Of a DNA stretch of 64,000 nt, positions 1 through 11,648 are shown piece after piece; within the stretch, counting starts at the first letter, position 1, and every line of letters starts with the position of its first letter. Position numbers and translations under genes: made by a program. Location of the stretch: positions 28,644,001 through 28,708,000 of the forward strand of contig OZ281497.1 in NCBI GenBank assembly GCA_965637545.1, in the 5' to 3' direction. The notes below the pieces were generated by a model. That model searched no databases and was not told the origin of the DNA. It worked only from the letters and a program-made list of their open reading frames with translations. The stretch is from Phallusia mammillata. Taxonomy: Eukaryota.

Positions 1-150
1 AACACGCAACAATTGCCATCCTTCTAGCAACCTCGACCCCAAAGCAATTTGCTTGAGATGAATTACCTAAACAAAAACCTTTAGCAACAACAAACTCTCG
101 ATCAATGTATAATGGGAATGTTGGCCAGGGCCAAGAGGAAGCAATAAGAA
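1..150 (-). repeat. Reversed copy of the intergenic repeat found upstream of U10/U11/U15
   Basis: Reverse complement (tgatcgagagtttgttgttgc..ctaaagg..gtcgaggttgctagaag) aligns by eye with ~37245-37440, ~39905-40100 and ~55835-56030. Confidence 0.6.
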
Positions 151-151
151 A

Positions 152-1020
152 GGCAACACAGCCATCGTCGCTTCTACTATAAGCGGATGCGTTATATTAA
201 TCATAATCTACATCGCCATTGTTGTTGTTGTTGTTTCATCACACATTAAAAGAAGGTAACCAATAAACGTTTCTTTGAAGCAGAAAATAAAGTTGAACCT
301 TTTTAAGCGATAAGAATATTAACCTGTCGTTTTTTCAACTTGGTGAGTAAGACCTTTCGACTCAGACCTAACCACTTGTGCTGATGCATTGTGGTTTTTT
401 TCCATCATTCAGGAAGTAAATTACCTTCAACTTTCGCAGGAGAAACAAACCCGTAAACAAAGCAGTAGTGACTAAATACAACGCAGGAGGTTGGAAAATA
501 ATCATAGTTACTAATACATCGTAATTTTCTTGTATGTGGAAAACAATCAAATCTAATTGCGATGATAGACTTTAATGTGTACACTCTTACAGTTTTCTTT
601 TCCTTACGTTTTATCCCTAATTTTTGATGGTAGTTGTTTAGTATGCATATGTTGTATTTAACAGCCGACAAATTTGAACCCGAAGAAACGTACAACATTC
701 CTCAAACCCAATGTCCACCGTGGTACCAACAAGCTGATGACGTCAACCACTATGACGCAATCCAGGGGTCAATAGCGGGAAGCAGCAATGCTCAGGTCAG
801 AAAGTTGATACAATTAACAAAGGTTCACGACAATGGACAACAATCACATGTTCGAAAATACGATCACAATCAATTGGATGAAGTCAGTTACGATACTTTG
901 CAACTATCTCAACATGTGGAAGTCCACGATCAATTTGCAAGCGGCAGCAATTCAACTAATATCTATGATAACAGAAACGACCCTAAACCGAATTTAGCCT
1001 ACGATAAATTACAACTATGA
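152..1020 (+). CDS. U0: 3' part of CTLD-receptor family gene (TM exon, 50-nt exon, class A tail); 5' part not in window
   Basis: TM remnant 152-255 (GNTAIVASTISGCVILIIIYIAIVVVVVSSHIKRR, GT at 256), exon 440-489 (RRNKPVNKAVVTKYNAG), last exon 665-1020 (ETYNIP..NHYDAI..VSYDTL..IYDN..LAYDKLQL*). Upstream of 152 the sequence switches to a reversed repeat and no in-phase acceptor is visible. Confidence 0.75.
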
Positions 1021-1914
1021 TTTAGCATTTTGTCGTCATGTTGCTGTTTTCCTTCTCTATTTTTTACCTGAAATAGTATTGAAATTCCCAAACCTGTCTA
1101 CTGTAAGTTGTAGTCTACGACAGTCCAACTTTTTCGTATGTTGTGTTAATTTAACAAAATGCATATTTGTAACCCTTTGCTTTAAACAGCAATATAACGG
1201 TTATGCTACGTCGTATGGGTAACATAGATGCCTTTTCAACCGATTGTTTTACAAACTGAAAAATGGTTGTTTTAAAGATTTTTTCGCGACATGGTTCAAA
1301 ATTGTTTCGAAATGAATTTATATCTTCAGTTTGCGTTTAAAACTGCTGTCAAAATCACAGTATAAGTTATTAGCTGTGTTTCAGAAATCATGGAAACATT
1401 ATTGCAACCTAATTGTCTCGATACTGCATTAAAACATCTTTTGTTGCCTATACTTAGCGCTACGTAAAATATTAAAGATGGACTCGATTAATTCTGCATC
1501 AGAAAAACAGGAAATATAGCAAACCATTATGTATCTCCACGTGATGACAAGGAGCGAAAGTGGGATGACGTGATCTGATTGAAATTTTGACAATAGTTTT
1601 TTTCAGCATCAGGAACTCCGCCAGCACTATAAGGTAGTTATTTAGTTCAAACTATAAACAACAATGCAGCAAAATGTATTTTACGAGAATACAACCGTAG
1701 AATAAGTTTTTTAGTTTACTTATTAGAGTCAAAATAAAAGCTTTTAGAGACAACAAATTTTGTCGTAAATGATTAACTTTTGAGCTTGTCGGCTATAAAT
1801 GTTTAATTTATTCAGTTTCTTGTTTTTTAAACACCAAGAAAGTTGTTTACTAGTAGGAGATTCAAATCATTAATAAAAAGTAAGTAAACAGTGTTAAAAA
1901 CGATAAAAACAAAT

Positions 1915-2671
1915 ATGAAGTTGTTAGTTTTGTTGTGTTTAACTGTTTGTGCTGAGGGACGAATTTGGTATAACTTTAATGGATTCCAATATTCCATCGA
2001 AATGACTCCAGTCACTTCATATGCTGAAGCTAAAATGGGATGTTCTGCGTTGGAAGCCAATGTAGCTAATGTCAAAACCGCAGCAATCTTTAAGTTTTTG
2101 AAAACATACATAAACTTGACAGGTAATAATTTTAAACGACAAATTTTATATTTTTAATAAAATGGTGTTTTTGACATTTCTATTTTTTGTCCCTATGTGA
2201 TACTGCATACATAACTATTTGGGTGACTTCATGCATCAAGAATACGAGCCTAAATACTAGTATGATATGATCAAACCATTTAATATAATAACAACAAAGA
2301 AAATTTGAAGCTCCGAGAATGCAGTTACACGTTATTTGATAATCAATACAAAAGTAGCAAATCTTACAAGAAAATAACTAAAAAATCTTATCTAATGGCG
2401 AGTTGCAATTGTTTAAGATTTCCCTTACTCATTTTACATTGGTGGAAAAAGAATCATGGGCACACATAGTTTTCGATGGAATGATGGAAGCAATGCTACT
2501 GTTCCTAAAGATATGTGGGGCGGTAGGCAGCCAAATAATATGGGCGGAATAGAAGATTGCGTCACAATGGGTTACGCTTATTCTCTTGTTTCATCTTACA
2601 AATTGTATGACGTAAAGTGCACAAGACACAATGCGAGATATATTTGTGAGAAAGGCACTAAAGGTGAGTAA
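1915..2671 (+). CDS. U1: signal peptide + CTLD only (no stalk/TM exon before next copy)
   Basis: Exon 1915-2122 (MKLLVLLCLTVCAEG..SYAEAKMGC..INLT, GT 2123). Exon 2418-2663 (DFPYSFYIGG..WNDGS..QPNN..DCVTMG..LYDVKC..YICEK). Reading through the donor gives GE-stop at 2671. Confidence 0.8.
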
Positions 2672-2829
2672 AACTAATAGGGAGAGTGTCAAATACTTTT
2701 TAACATCATAATCTTGAAAATACTGAACAGGCGTTTCGTCCACCAGGCTGCATATTTAACAAATTTGTCATTCAACTGGTGTAATACTAAACAAAATACT
2801 AATTGTTGTTTCAAGAACTTGTATTTTTG

Positions 2830-3060
2830 CTAACGTTTCGCCCACCAGAACGAGATTAACGATATAATCCGAGCACAGCAAGCGAAAATGCACAAGCGCA
2901 GCGGGATATAGCGTAAAGTAACACCGCATCAATTGGAACGATGCCCAAGTTTCAAAACAGGAACCTAATTGGTCGAAAAGATTGGTCTTTGAAAGTTGCC
3001 TCATAAATTCTAATCCAAATGTTTTAAACCGTAACGACAGCAAAAACCTCAGTGCATTTT
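2830..3060 (+). mobile_element. Penelope-like element (PLE) remnant, C-terminal part of GIY-YIG region
   Basis: 2922-3050 translates HRINWNDAQVSKQEPNWSKRLVFESCLINSNPNVLNRNDS, resembling the PLE endonuclease tail (IxW..EPxW.KR..ES..I...N.LNR). Confidence 0.55.
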
Positions 3061-3791
3061 TCCTCGACATTTTGCGTCCTACTTCCTCTTCAAATATCGG
3101 ACATTAGTTACGCACTGTCACAATATAGCACACTAAACCCATCACTGAAAGCGTTTGTTCTATTATAATTACTTTACGCTATATCCCGCTGCTCAACTCA
3201 ACTAAACGTACATATCAAGTATTAGTAATGTGATGTAAAAGACAAAAAATGCATGAAAAATGCTCAAAACATCTCCAAATTACAGTGCAGTAAACTATAA
3301 TTGCCTGGGCCATAAACAATTAAGTATATCCATGGGATGACAAGGAACGAAAGGAACATGACGTCATCTCAATAGAATTTCCGTGTTATAGTTTGTGTGC
3401 ACACGAACGCCGTATATAGTTTTCTGCGGTATGGAGGAGCTATCAAATGTGGAAACAAACAGCAATACATCTGTATTAAAACAAATTTAATACATTAAAC
3501 CGATTTATGGCGAAAAGTGTAGTTAAGTTTAGGTATGGATTTATAAATCTCAGTCAAATAACCCACTAAAGAAAAAAAATTACTTGATGTAAAAAAATTT
3601 ATTAGGCACTTATATGTCAACACTTACAATATACAAATTAATTCTGTAAAAGTTTGTAATTAAATATATTTAGCATGTTCAAGTTATCGTACTGCATTTA
3701 TTTTTGTTGTTTCTTAATGACTGTAATGACCAAATAAGTTGCAGATGCCGATAAACGTATTCTGTAATATTGTATAACTTTTTTACCTAAG

Positions 3792-6637
3792 ATGACAGGT
3801 TTTCGTTACGTTGTGTTTATTTGTTTGTGCTGAAGGACGAACTTGGCATAACTTCAATGGATTTCAATATTCTATCGAAATGACTCCAGTCACTTCATAT
3901 GCTAAAGCAGACATGGGATGTTCTGCATTGCAAGCTAACGTAGCTAACATAAAAACCACAGAAATCTTTGAGTTTTTGAAGTCATACATAAACTTGACAG
4001 GTAAGTTTAGACATTTTCTTTGCATTGTACTACAAGCAAACCTAAAACAAGTGTGTGTAAAGTAACAAACGTATTTTTGACCTGCCGGTTTTTATTTTTA
4101 TCTGTCAGAGAGGTTGTTTCGACTTTTTTTGTTTTTTATGATTTTCCTAGTAAATGAACTGGCGATCTACCAGAAAGGATCGTGACGTCACTGCCTGTTT
4201 AATCTTCCCCTTACTTCGTGCACGTGTTGCTTTGCTTTCTGGTTAATTCACGTTGTTTAAAATTTGTGTTGGGAATCGACTGTTTTATTTTAGACAAACC
4301 CTTTTCGCTTTTCATCGGTGCAAAAAGAGTCGGGAGCACAACCAAGTTTCGATGGAATGATGGAAGCAGTGTTTCTCTTACAACTGTGTGGTATAGTGGG
4401 CAACCCAATAATCTACACATGAATGATAACTGCGTCACAATGGGACATACGGACTACATTATAGACTCAACTGATCTCTATTGGTATGACGTACCATGCA
4501 CAAGACACAAAGCGAGATACATTTGTGAGAAAATGATTTCAGGTAAACCTGGTTGGGATACAGAAATTTGTTTGAAATAGGCATTTTACAATATGAATCG
4601 AAATACCGACTTAACCATATAAAACCTGGATTATTAGGTATATTTCTCAACAGGATTTCTATTATGTTCCGCCACAATTTGTTGAAACAATAAAAACTCA
4701 CAAGTTACTAACAAGAATAGTATTTTGTTGGCAACCAATGTGACAAAAATTCTAAAACAATTTTATCTTTTTTACATCATGCGTGAATCTTTGCAATCTG
4801 ATCAAAATTGTAGAAATCAACCGTTTTTTCTTTATTATAGCCAACACGTCAGCAACTCAAACAACCAAAACAAACGTCAAAATATCCAACATTAAAGGAA
4901 GCAACACCGCACCATCCACCACCATCAGTTTGGCCACAGTAGTCGTAACCAGCAAACCACACTCAACAACCAATACCGCACCATCTACCACCATCAATTT
5001 GACCACAGCAGTCGGAACCAGCCAACCACACTCAACAACCAACACCGCACCATCTACAACCATCGATTTGACCACAGCAGTCGGAACCAGTCAACCACAC
5101 TCAACAACCAATGCCGCACCATTCACCACTGCCGGTTTAACGACACCAAAGGGAACCAACCAACCACGTTTAACAATCGACACCGCACCATCTACCACCA
5201 TCGGTTTAACGACACCAATAGGAACGAGCCAACCAAGCTCAGCAACCATCTCTTCTACACCATCTAACATATCACAAGGCAAGAAATGTCTAACTGGCTT
5301 TCTTTTTTATCCTTAGGTTGTGTTGACACAAGTTTTTGTTTGTCTAAATTAGCTGTAACCCTCTTTAAAACTTCAAGGTTTTCCTCGTTAAAAAAATCCT
5401 GCATAAAGGAAAAACAGAACCTTAGGCAAAACTATTTAGTGTGTTTCACTCCAAAATCTGAGATGTAATGTTCAGCTTTCCGTGTGTGTTTTAATCTCCC
5501 TGTAGTCTCAAAGTTGGTGTTTAGAGATTTATTAATCTATGCTAGTTAATTATAAAGCGAAACTAAAAGCAATCTGTCATGTTTTCAAAGTAATGAAGGG
5601 ATTCTATTGTTAGTAATTTTTGGAGATCGTTTAACTCGTTGCTTGCCCCAGAAGAGTTCTATAAATAATAATAACTTTTCTTTAAGGTTCAAAATTAGCC
5701 ACCATAGTATCAGCAACATGTGGGAGTGTCATCGTCATTAGCTGCATTGTCATTGTCGTTGTGACTATGCAAAAACGGAAAAGAAGGTAATAAGCAAGTT
5801 TTTTTGGCTTAAATCCATGCAAGCTGCATTAAATTTTTCTGCCAAAGAGAAATTGATTGAAACGCCTTAACGTATTATTTAAGGATCTATTAAAAGGGCA
5901 AGAGGATATTGTTAAACACCGGAACAACATGCTTACATACACATTTATAAATACACTCTTGTTGGTCAATACAGTTAAAACTGACATATGTTTGCATCGC
6001 AGAAACAAGATGTCAGCGAGAACTGAAGATGAAAGTGTGTACGTTGACATGAGTAAGTTTTCACAATGAAGCTTAAGTGAAATACAAAACCACAAACATT
6101 TTGGCAAACACGTTCATCTCATTTCAGCAACTTAAATATGATTTTATCTAAATAAGCGTTTTTCAAACCAAGTTATAATAAACATTTTATTGTTATAAAC
6201 AGCTGGAAATCGTCAGATTATAGAAAAACACAGCAATCCACCAATCTACATGAATACCTTAGGAAAACCTTCACCGCAGCAACCTGATGACAACAATCCT
6301 AATTACGTCACCAAAGAACGAGGTCCTTATGACACGATTATTGTTTCTTGATATTTTTTGTTGTGTATCAATGTGCAGCTTAACATGCAGTTAAATGCAT
6401 TTGTACTTTGTTTTTTTCCATACTTGTGCAAACATTTTGCTCGCGATTTTGTCTTATTTTAAAATTATACTCGTTTTAGTTGATGGAAAGATAGCAAAAA
6501 CCAACAAGGATCCGCCAACTTACGTCAATTGCTCCGTACAACCTACCACGTCACAACAATCACAAGCTGATGACGTCAATCCTTGTAGCATGATCGGAGA
6601 GCGACAACCTGATTATATCACAATTGATCCATTTTAA
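3792..6637 (+). CDS. U2: CTLD-mucin-TM receptor, class B tail; start codon out of frame by 1 nt
   Basis: Exons ~3792-4000, 4294-4542, 4841-5278 (GC donor), 5687-5786 (TM), 6003-6052 (YVDM), 6203-6322 (IYMN, NPNY), 6480-6637 (TYVN, DYITI*). All phases are compatible. ATG 3792 runs into TGA in its own frame; the CTLD frame starts at GTT 3799. Confidence 0.8.
4903..5247 (+). repeat. 5 x 69-nt (23-aa) tandem repeat in U2 mucin stalk
   Basis: NTAPSTTISLATVVVTSKPHSTT / NTAPSTTINLTTAVGTSQPHSTT / NTAPSTTIDLTTAVGTSQPHSTT / NAAPFTTAGLTTPKGTNQPRLTI / DTAPSTTIGLTTPIGTSQPSSAT. Confidence 0.9.
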
Positions 6638-7802
6638 GCATTTTATCCGCAAGGTTTATAAATGTTTGGATAAAGTGAATCTGCTTTTGCAATCTATTTT
6701 GTATTTCGCCATATTTCGCTTTCTCGTTATCCTGATACAAATCACTTTTTAGTCAGGTTAAGAATTTGCTGGAAATTGTGTTACTTATGATGGTAATGTT
6801 AACTGATTTAAATGTCAGTAATTCGTTTAGGCCGCAGTAGATTGATTTCGTGTTGCGCCCCTTCCTTGTCTGCCATATACAGTGACTTATATGTGAGCAT
6901 GTCAGAGGTTTGCATGTTGCTTTACCGTTTCATACTTACCACAGTCTTATACGAACTCGAAGTTCCTGGTTTTGATTTCGACACTTTGTGTTTGTATTTG
7001 TAATTTGTAAAACCCTTTTTATTAACTGATTTCAAACAATAAACAGATGTAAACTTGAATCAAGCAATTAACATTTGTAAAGGACAAAGTTTGACATCAG
7101 GCGACAACGTTGACAACAAAATTAAGTAGCTTAGCCGATAAACGCAGCACTTGGAGTTTCGTTAAAGTTTTCGTTCAAGCACCAAAATGATTCTAAGTGC
7201 GACTTTGCACACATGGGTTGTAACGACACGTTTGTAATAATGGAGTTAGATTTTGACTTTAAACATCTCCTATGATCAGGTCTAAGGCAAATCAGTTGTT
7301 ATCACTTAAATATTTGCACCACTTCAAACCTGTCGGGATTCCGAAACGGTTTTGTGCATTTAACCTAGAATATTTTACACTTAGTCCATCTTTATTCTTA
7401 AAAAACAGGATTGTTTTTAACTTATACAAGAAACGAAACTTCCCCTACGTCATTACAGTAAAACTTCGCTTTTATAGTTTCGGTGTCGTCAATCAATTTA
7501 GTGAAACAATCATGTGACTTAAAGCATAAGGGATACATTTTTAAAAACTGTTAAACCAGTGATCTTAAGAGCATTAAAAGTGTGGCTAAACACAATTAAA
7601 CAGTAAGTATTACAAGAACACTACAAATAAAAATTGTCAGTATTACCGATGCATTTCTTTCAGAAAAGTTCTTACACTTGTTTCCATTTAACACATCTAG
7701 CTGAAACGGCAGAGCAACAAATATGTTTAACTGGAAATTGATATTTATTACGTTTTTTTAATAACAATATAGCCATGGTATATGACGTTTAAATCAACTC
7801 GT

Positions 7803-9215
7803 TCAAAAATTCATGTATTCAGCTCCTGCCTCTTGAATGACGTCATAAGGACTTTCCTGATTGGATTGTTGAGGTTGTGACGTAGAAGATTGTTTGGAAT
7901 CATTGATATAGATTGGTGGGTTGTTGCGTGGTTCTTCGAATTGAATATTTTCACCTGCGTTAAGTGTATGATATAGAATGTGCTTTCATGAGCATTTGCT
8001 TGTCTGTTATAACAGACAGATTGTTTCAAATTTCAAGAATAATTTAAACATCTCTTGAATAAATGTCTTAGAGTTACACGAACCATTGTTTTTCTTTCTG
8101 TATACAGCGTTTTCTAGTATTCTATTTTCCGCTTTGTTTCTGTAAATACAATCGAGTCATTTACTTCAGATAAATTTAAACATTTTCCTCAAAGTTTGTG
8201 AAGTTGTCATAAGCTGTTCTGGTTTTTACAACAATCTACAAATTTAACGATACATTTAATTTGCTCGACCCAGATTAACGAACACGTAGTTTCTGCTACT
8301 TATTGGGAACAGGTTCATGTGGTTCCATTTGTAATTCAAACATAACGTTGCAAAACAAATCAGTTGCATTGCAAGTCTGCATTGAAACACACAACTTACC
8401 TTTTATCACGTTTTTGCAGCGTCATAAAGACAATGACGATGCACATTACAATGACGCAAGCGGAAGCTGTTATGCCAACAATGAGAGCGATATTATTTGT
8501 GGCTGCACCTGACCAAGATAATAATGTTAAAATGAAGATAGAAACAAGCAATTGTTGTTGTTTTTTTAAAAGTTGCAAATCTAAACAGAAATACATATAA
8601 CGTTGTCAAGTGTTCAAACTTACTTTCAGCTGGTTTTTGGCAAACGTATCTCGACTGGTATTGTGTGCATGGTACATCGTGCCAAAGATAAAACTGTTTC
8701 TGCTCGGAGGTGTAACCTATTGAGACACAATTATCCAGACCAGCATAGGAGTTTGGTTGTCCATTATCCCACATAGTTGATGAAACTATACTCCCATCGG
8801 TCCATTGAAAGTTGATTGTGTTTCCGATTCTTGTCGCACCGATGTACAGTGAGTAAGGAGCTTCTGTATATGTAATGTTATTTTTGTGTATGCAAAAACA
8901 TTAGGCACGTTTTTTTTGTAAATTATGTAATGTAACCTAAAATTTAAGGTTAAATAAAAATATAACAACGAAAGTCTGTTTTATGCACTGACTAAAACAG
9001 TCGATTCGGAGAAACAATAACTCATGAAAACCAGACAACAAACGTGGCAGTACTTGTCAGGTCTATGAATTTCTTCAAAAAATCAAAGATGTCTGTAGTT
9101 TTGACGTTAGCCAAATTAGCTTGCAACGCAGAACAATTCCTCTCTGCTTCAGCAAATGAATTGACTGGAGTCATTTCGATAGAATATTGAAATCCTTGAA
9201 AGGTATGCCAAGTTC
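7803..9215 (-). CDS. U3: inverted stalk-less CTLD-TM receptor; its own first exon is defective
   Basis: Minus-strand exons 9054-~9215 (TWHTFQGFQYSIEM..; in-frame TGA where paralogs have CGA, no ATG found), 8624-8863 (CTLD C-half), 8400-8508 (TM), 8084-8139, 7803-7954 (NPPIYIN..SPYDVI..EYMNF*). Confidence 0.7.
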
Positions 9216-9573
9216 ATGCAAGGTGTAGCATGTTTAAAACAAGCGCACAAACACACCAAAAGGATGTGTAAAGCTGCGTCGACTTTTTTCTAATGTAACC
9301 TTTGTGGACAACCGTACGTCTTTTAGGAACTGCTTTAGCATGCAAAAGTTCATTTAAAAGTGGAACTCAAAGTGTAAAAAAACTCATGTTTTCCCAAGGT
9401 TTGAGTTGATAAGCGCAACTGCATTCTACTGACAAAGTTGGTGGTGAAAAATGCGTGTAGCTTATCTTACTACCGTGCTCTCTAAAGTGCACCGAAACGT
9501 GTCATTGGCTTTATTCTTTATTCTTAACAATCTGGATTAATGCCTGTCGCAACATCCGCCTCTTTGTCTCGAA

Positions 9574-10396
9574 CTAATCAATAATAAAATTCATAGTAAA
9601 ACTGATATACATGATATAACATGATTCGATCAATCCCATGCAGCCCTTAACTAATAAAATCAACAAAAACCAAAGTATTGCCAACAACCCAAACTTATTT
9701 TGAACAAGTTTTTGGCAAACGTATCTCGACTGGTATTGTGTGCATGGTACATCGTGCCAAAGATAAAACGGAATCTGCTCGGAGGTGTAACCCATTGAGA
9801 CACAATTATCCAAACCAGCATAGGAGTTCGGTTGTCCTTTATTCCACATAGTTGATGAAACTATACTCCCATCGGTCCATTGAAAGTTGATTGTGTTTCC
9901 GATTCTTGTCGCACCGATGTACAGTGAGTAAGGAGCTTCTACAAATATAAATATGTAAAGTGAATGTGTGCATGTAACTCATTAAGGACGGTCATCGATT
10001 AAAATAAATCTACTTTAAATCGTTGAGTGTTTTGCTTTTTTTGCTTACACATTTAATTTTATTTAAAACAATTTTTAAAACAAATGTTGTAATGCTAAAT
10101 AAAGTTTTAAAAAAAGGTGTTTCAGCGGCTGAATACCAAAAACAGTCATAACAAGGAAACTTAAAACCAGTTGCTTAATTACCTGTCAAGTTTATAAATG
10201 ACTTTAAAAATTCGAAGGTTTGGTTAGTTTTAACGTTAGCTACATTAGCTTGCAACGCAGAACATTTCATCTCTGCTTCAGCATATGAATTGACTGGAGT
10301 CATTTCGATGGAATATTGAAATCCATTGAAGTTATGCCAAGTTCGTCCCTCAGCATAAACAGTTAAACACAGCATAAACAATAAAACTAAACCCAT
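9574..10396 (-). CDS. U4: inverted signal peptide + CTLD; second-exon donor mutated
   Basis: Exon 10183-10396 (MGLVLLFMLCLTVYAEG..INLT), exon 9699-9938. The homologous donor reads ATAAGT instead of GTAAGT, so the frame runs on to a stop at 9574. Confidence 0.75.
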
Positions 10397-11030
10397 GTTC
10401 GTGTTGCAGAGCAAAACTTTTTAGAAACTTGCCCTATTTTTCCTTGCTCTGGTGTCTTTTAGCAGAACTTCATAAAACAAAATGAATTTTATTTGATGCA
10501 TCAAATGTCTTAAATGTTATTTATAGCCTTTTATGAAACTTAATGACAGTTTTCTGCCACTCAGTATAGGTAATTAACCATCTAAAAACAGCGATTGCGA
10601 AGTTAGAAGCATTAAAGCCTATGGGCTTAAACTTCACATTCACTTTGTTCTCGTTCTATTATAACTACTGGCTCTGTCTAGCCATAACTAAAGAGGTCCC
10701 TGTTTCAAAATATTATCACCAAGTGCGCGCACGGGTCGACCGACGCATTCGGTTCCTCCACCGGAAGTTCGGTTTAAGGTTGGGGATTTTTCTTGTGGGT
10801 CATGATGTATTAGCCTCAGGATGCACGCATTGACCGAAGCAGTTGCTCCGAGTGTGATTGTTAGTGAACGAATATTCAAACCTTTTTCGGTGTTTGTAAA
10901 TAGCTCGTACGTTTTTTCGTTGTTTTGACTTGAAAACATGACAAAATACATGGCATAAAGCATACATGCCCAAATAATGATTAAGAAATATATTTGACAA
11001 TCAGTTTTAAAACAAACCCTTTTATCCTAT

Positions 11031-11110
11031 CTGGAAGTCCATGATCAATTTGCAAGCGGCAGCAATCCGATATATATATTCATGATAACAGACATTACCA
11101 CGTGACAAAA
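11031..11110 (+). pseudogene. Isolated fragment of class A tail
   Basis: ggaagtccatgatcaatttgcaagcggcagcaatcc..gataacagaca matches the VEVHDQFASGSN..DNRH segment of 665-1020 and 23392-23816. Confidence 0.6.
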
Positions 11111-11648
11111 GAAACGAAAGCGTGGTTGATAATTCCGTGCGATTCCCAGCGTACGAATATCATTTTTCGTGTCTTCGGGTTATGTCATATGTTTCATAGA
11201 TGGATTGGATTGTCGTCTTGTCGCGACGCAATATGGACTTTTGTTCCTTCTCTGGAAGGACGGGATAAGGTTTGGGTATTACATCATGTGTTGTGGTGTT
11301 TTAGTTACCTTTTCATAAACATGTGACCTCAAGTCTATTTACTTTCGGCCTTGGTAAAATCTTGTTATGTTCCACTTCGTATCATTTTTTTCTACGAGAT
11401 GCTTATCGTTTTTCCGATGATTCTCTTGCTTAAATTCTCTTGGTTTGTGTCACAGTAGAAACATGCCGAAACTTAACGTCTCTTATGCAAAGGTTGGTTG
11501 ATTGGCTAGTTTGCGATTGCAATTACTCAACGACAAAAAAGTTGACTACCTTTCTGCTACGAAAATGTGCTAAGAAAGTCTTTGAACCACTAAGGGTGAT
11601 TTCAAGTTTATTGGAAAACGAGCTTAACCTGTACTATAGTAACCAAAC

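Noticed and set aside
856-905. Canonical ITAM in class A tail (YDHNQLDEVSYDTL)
   Set aside because: Spacing of 6 fits but the first half is YDHN, not YxxL/I; only the second half is scored (ITIM-like).
4903-5247. CRISPR-like repeat array
   Set aside because: In-frame coding repeats without unique spacers, in a spliced eukaryotic gene.
10690-10870. GC-richer island upstream of U4 with short ORFs on both strands
   Set aside because: No recognisable domain, tRNA-like boxes or second copy in the window; could be promoter or TE debris.
11140-11420. Possible decayed class B tail on the minus strand (SPYCVATRR)
   Set aside because: Only a ~15-nt resemblance; no splice sites or sustained frame.
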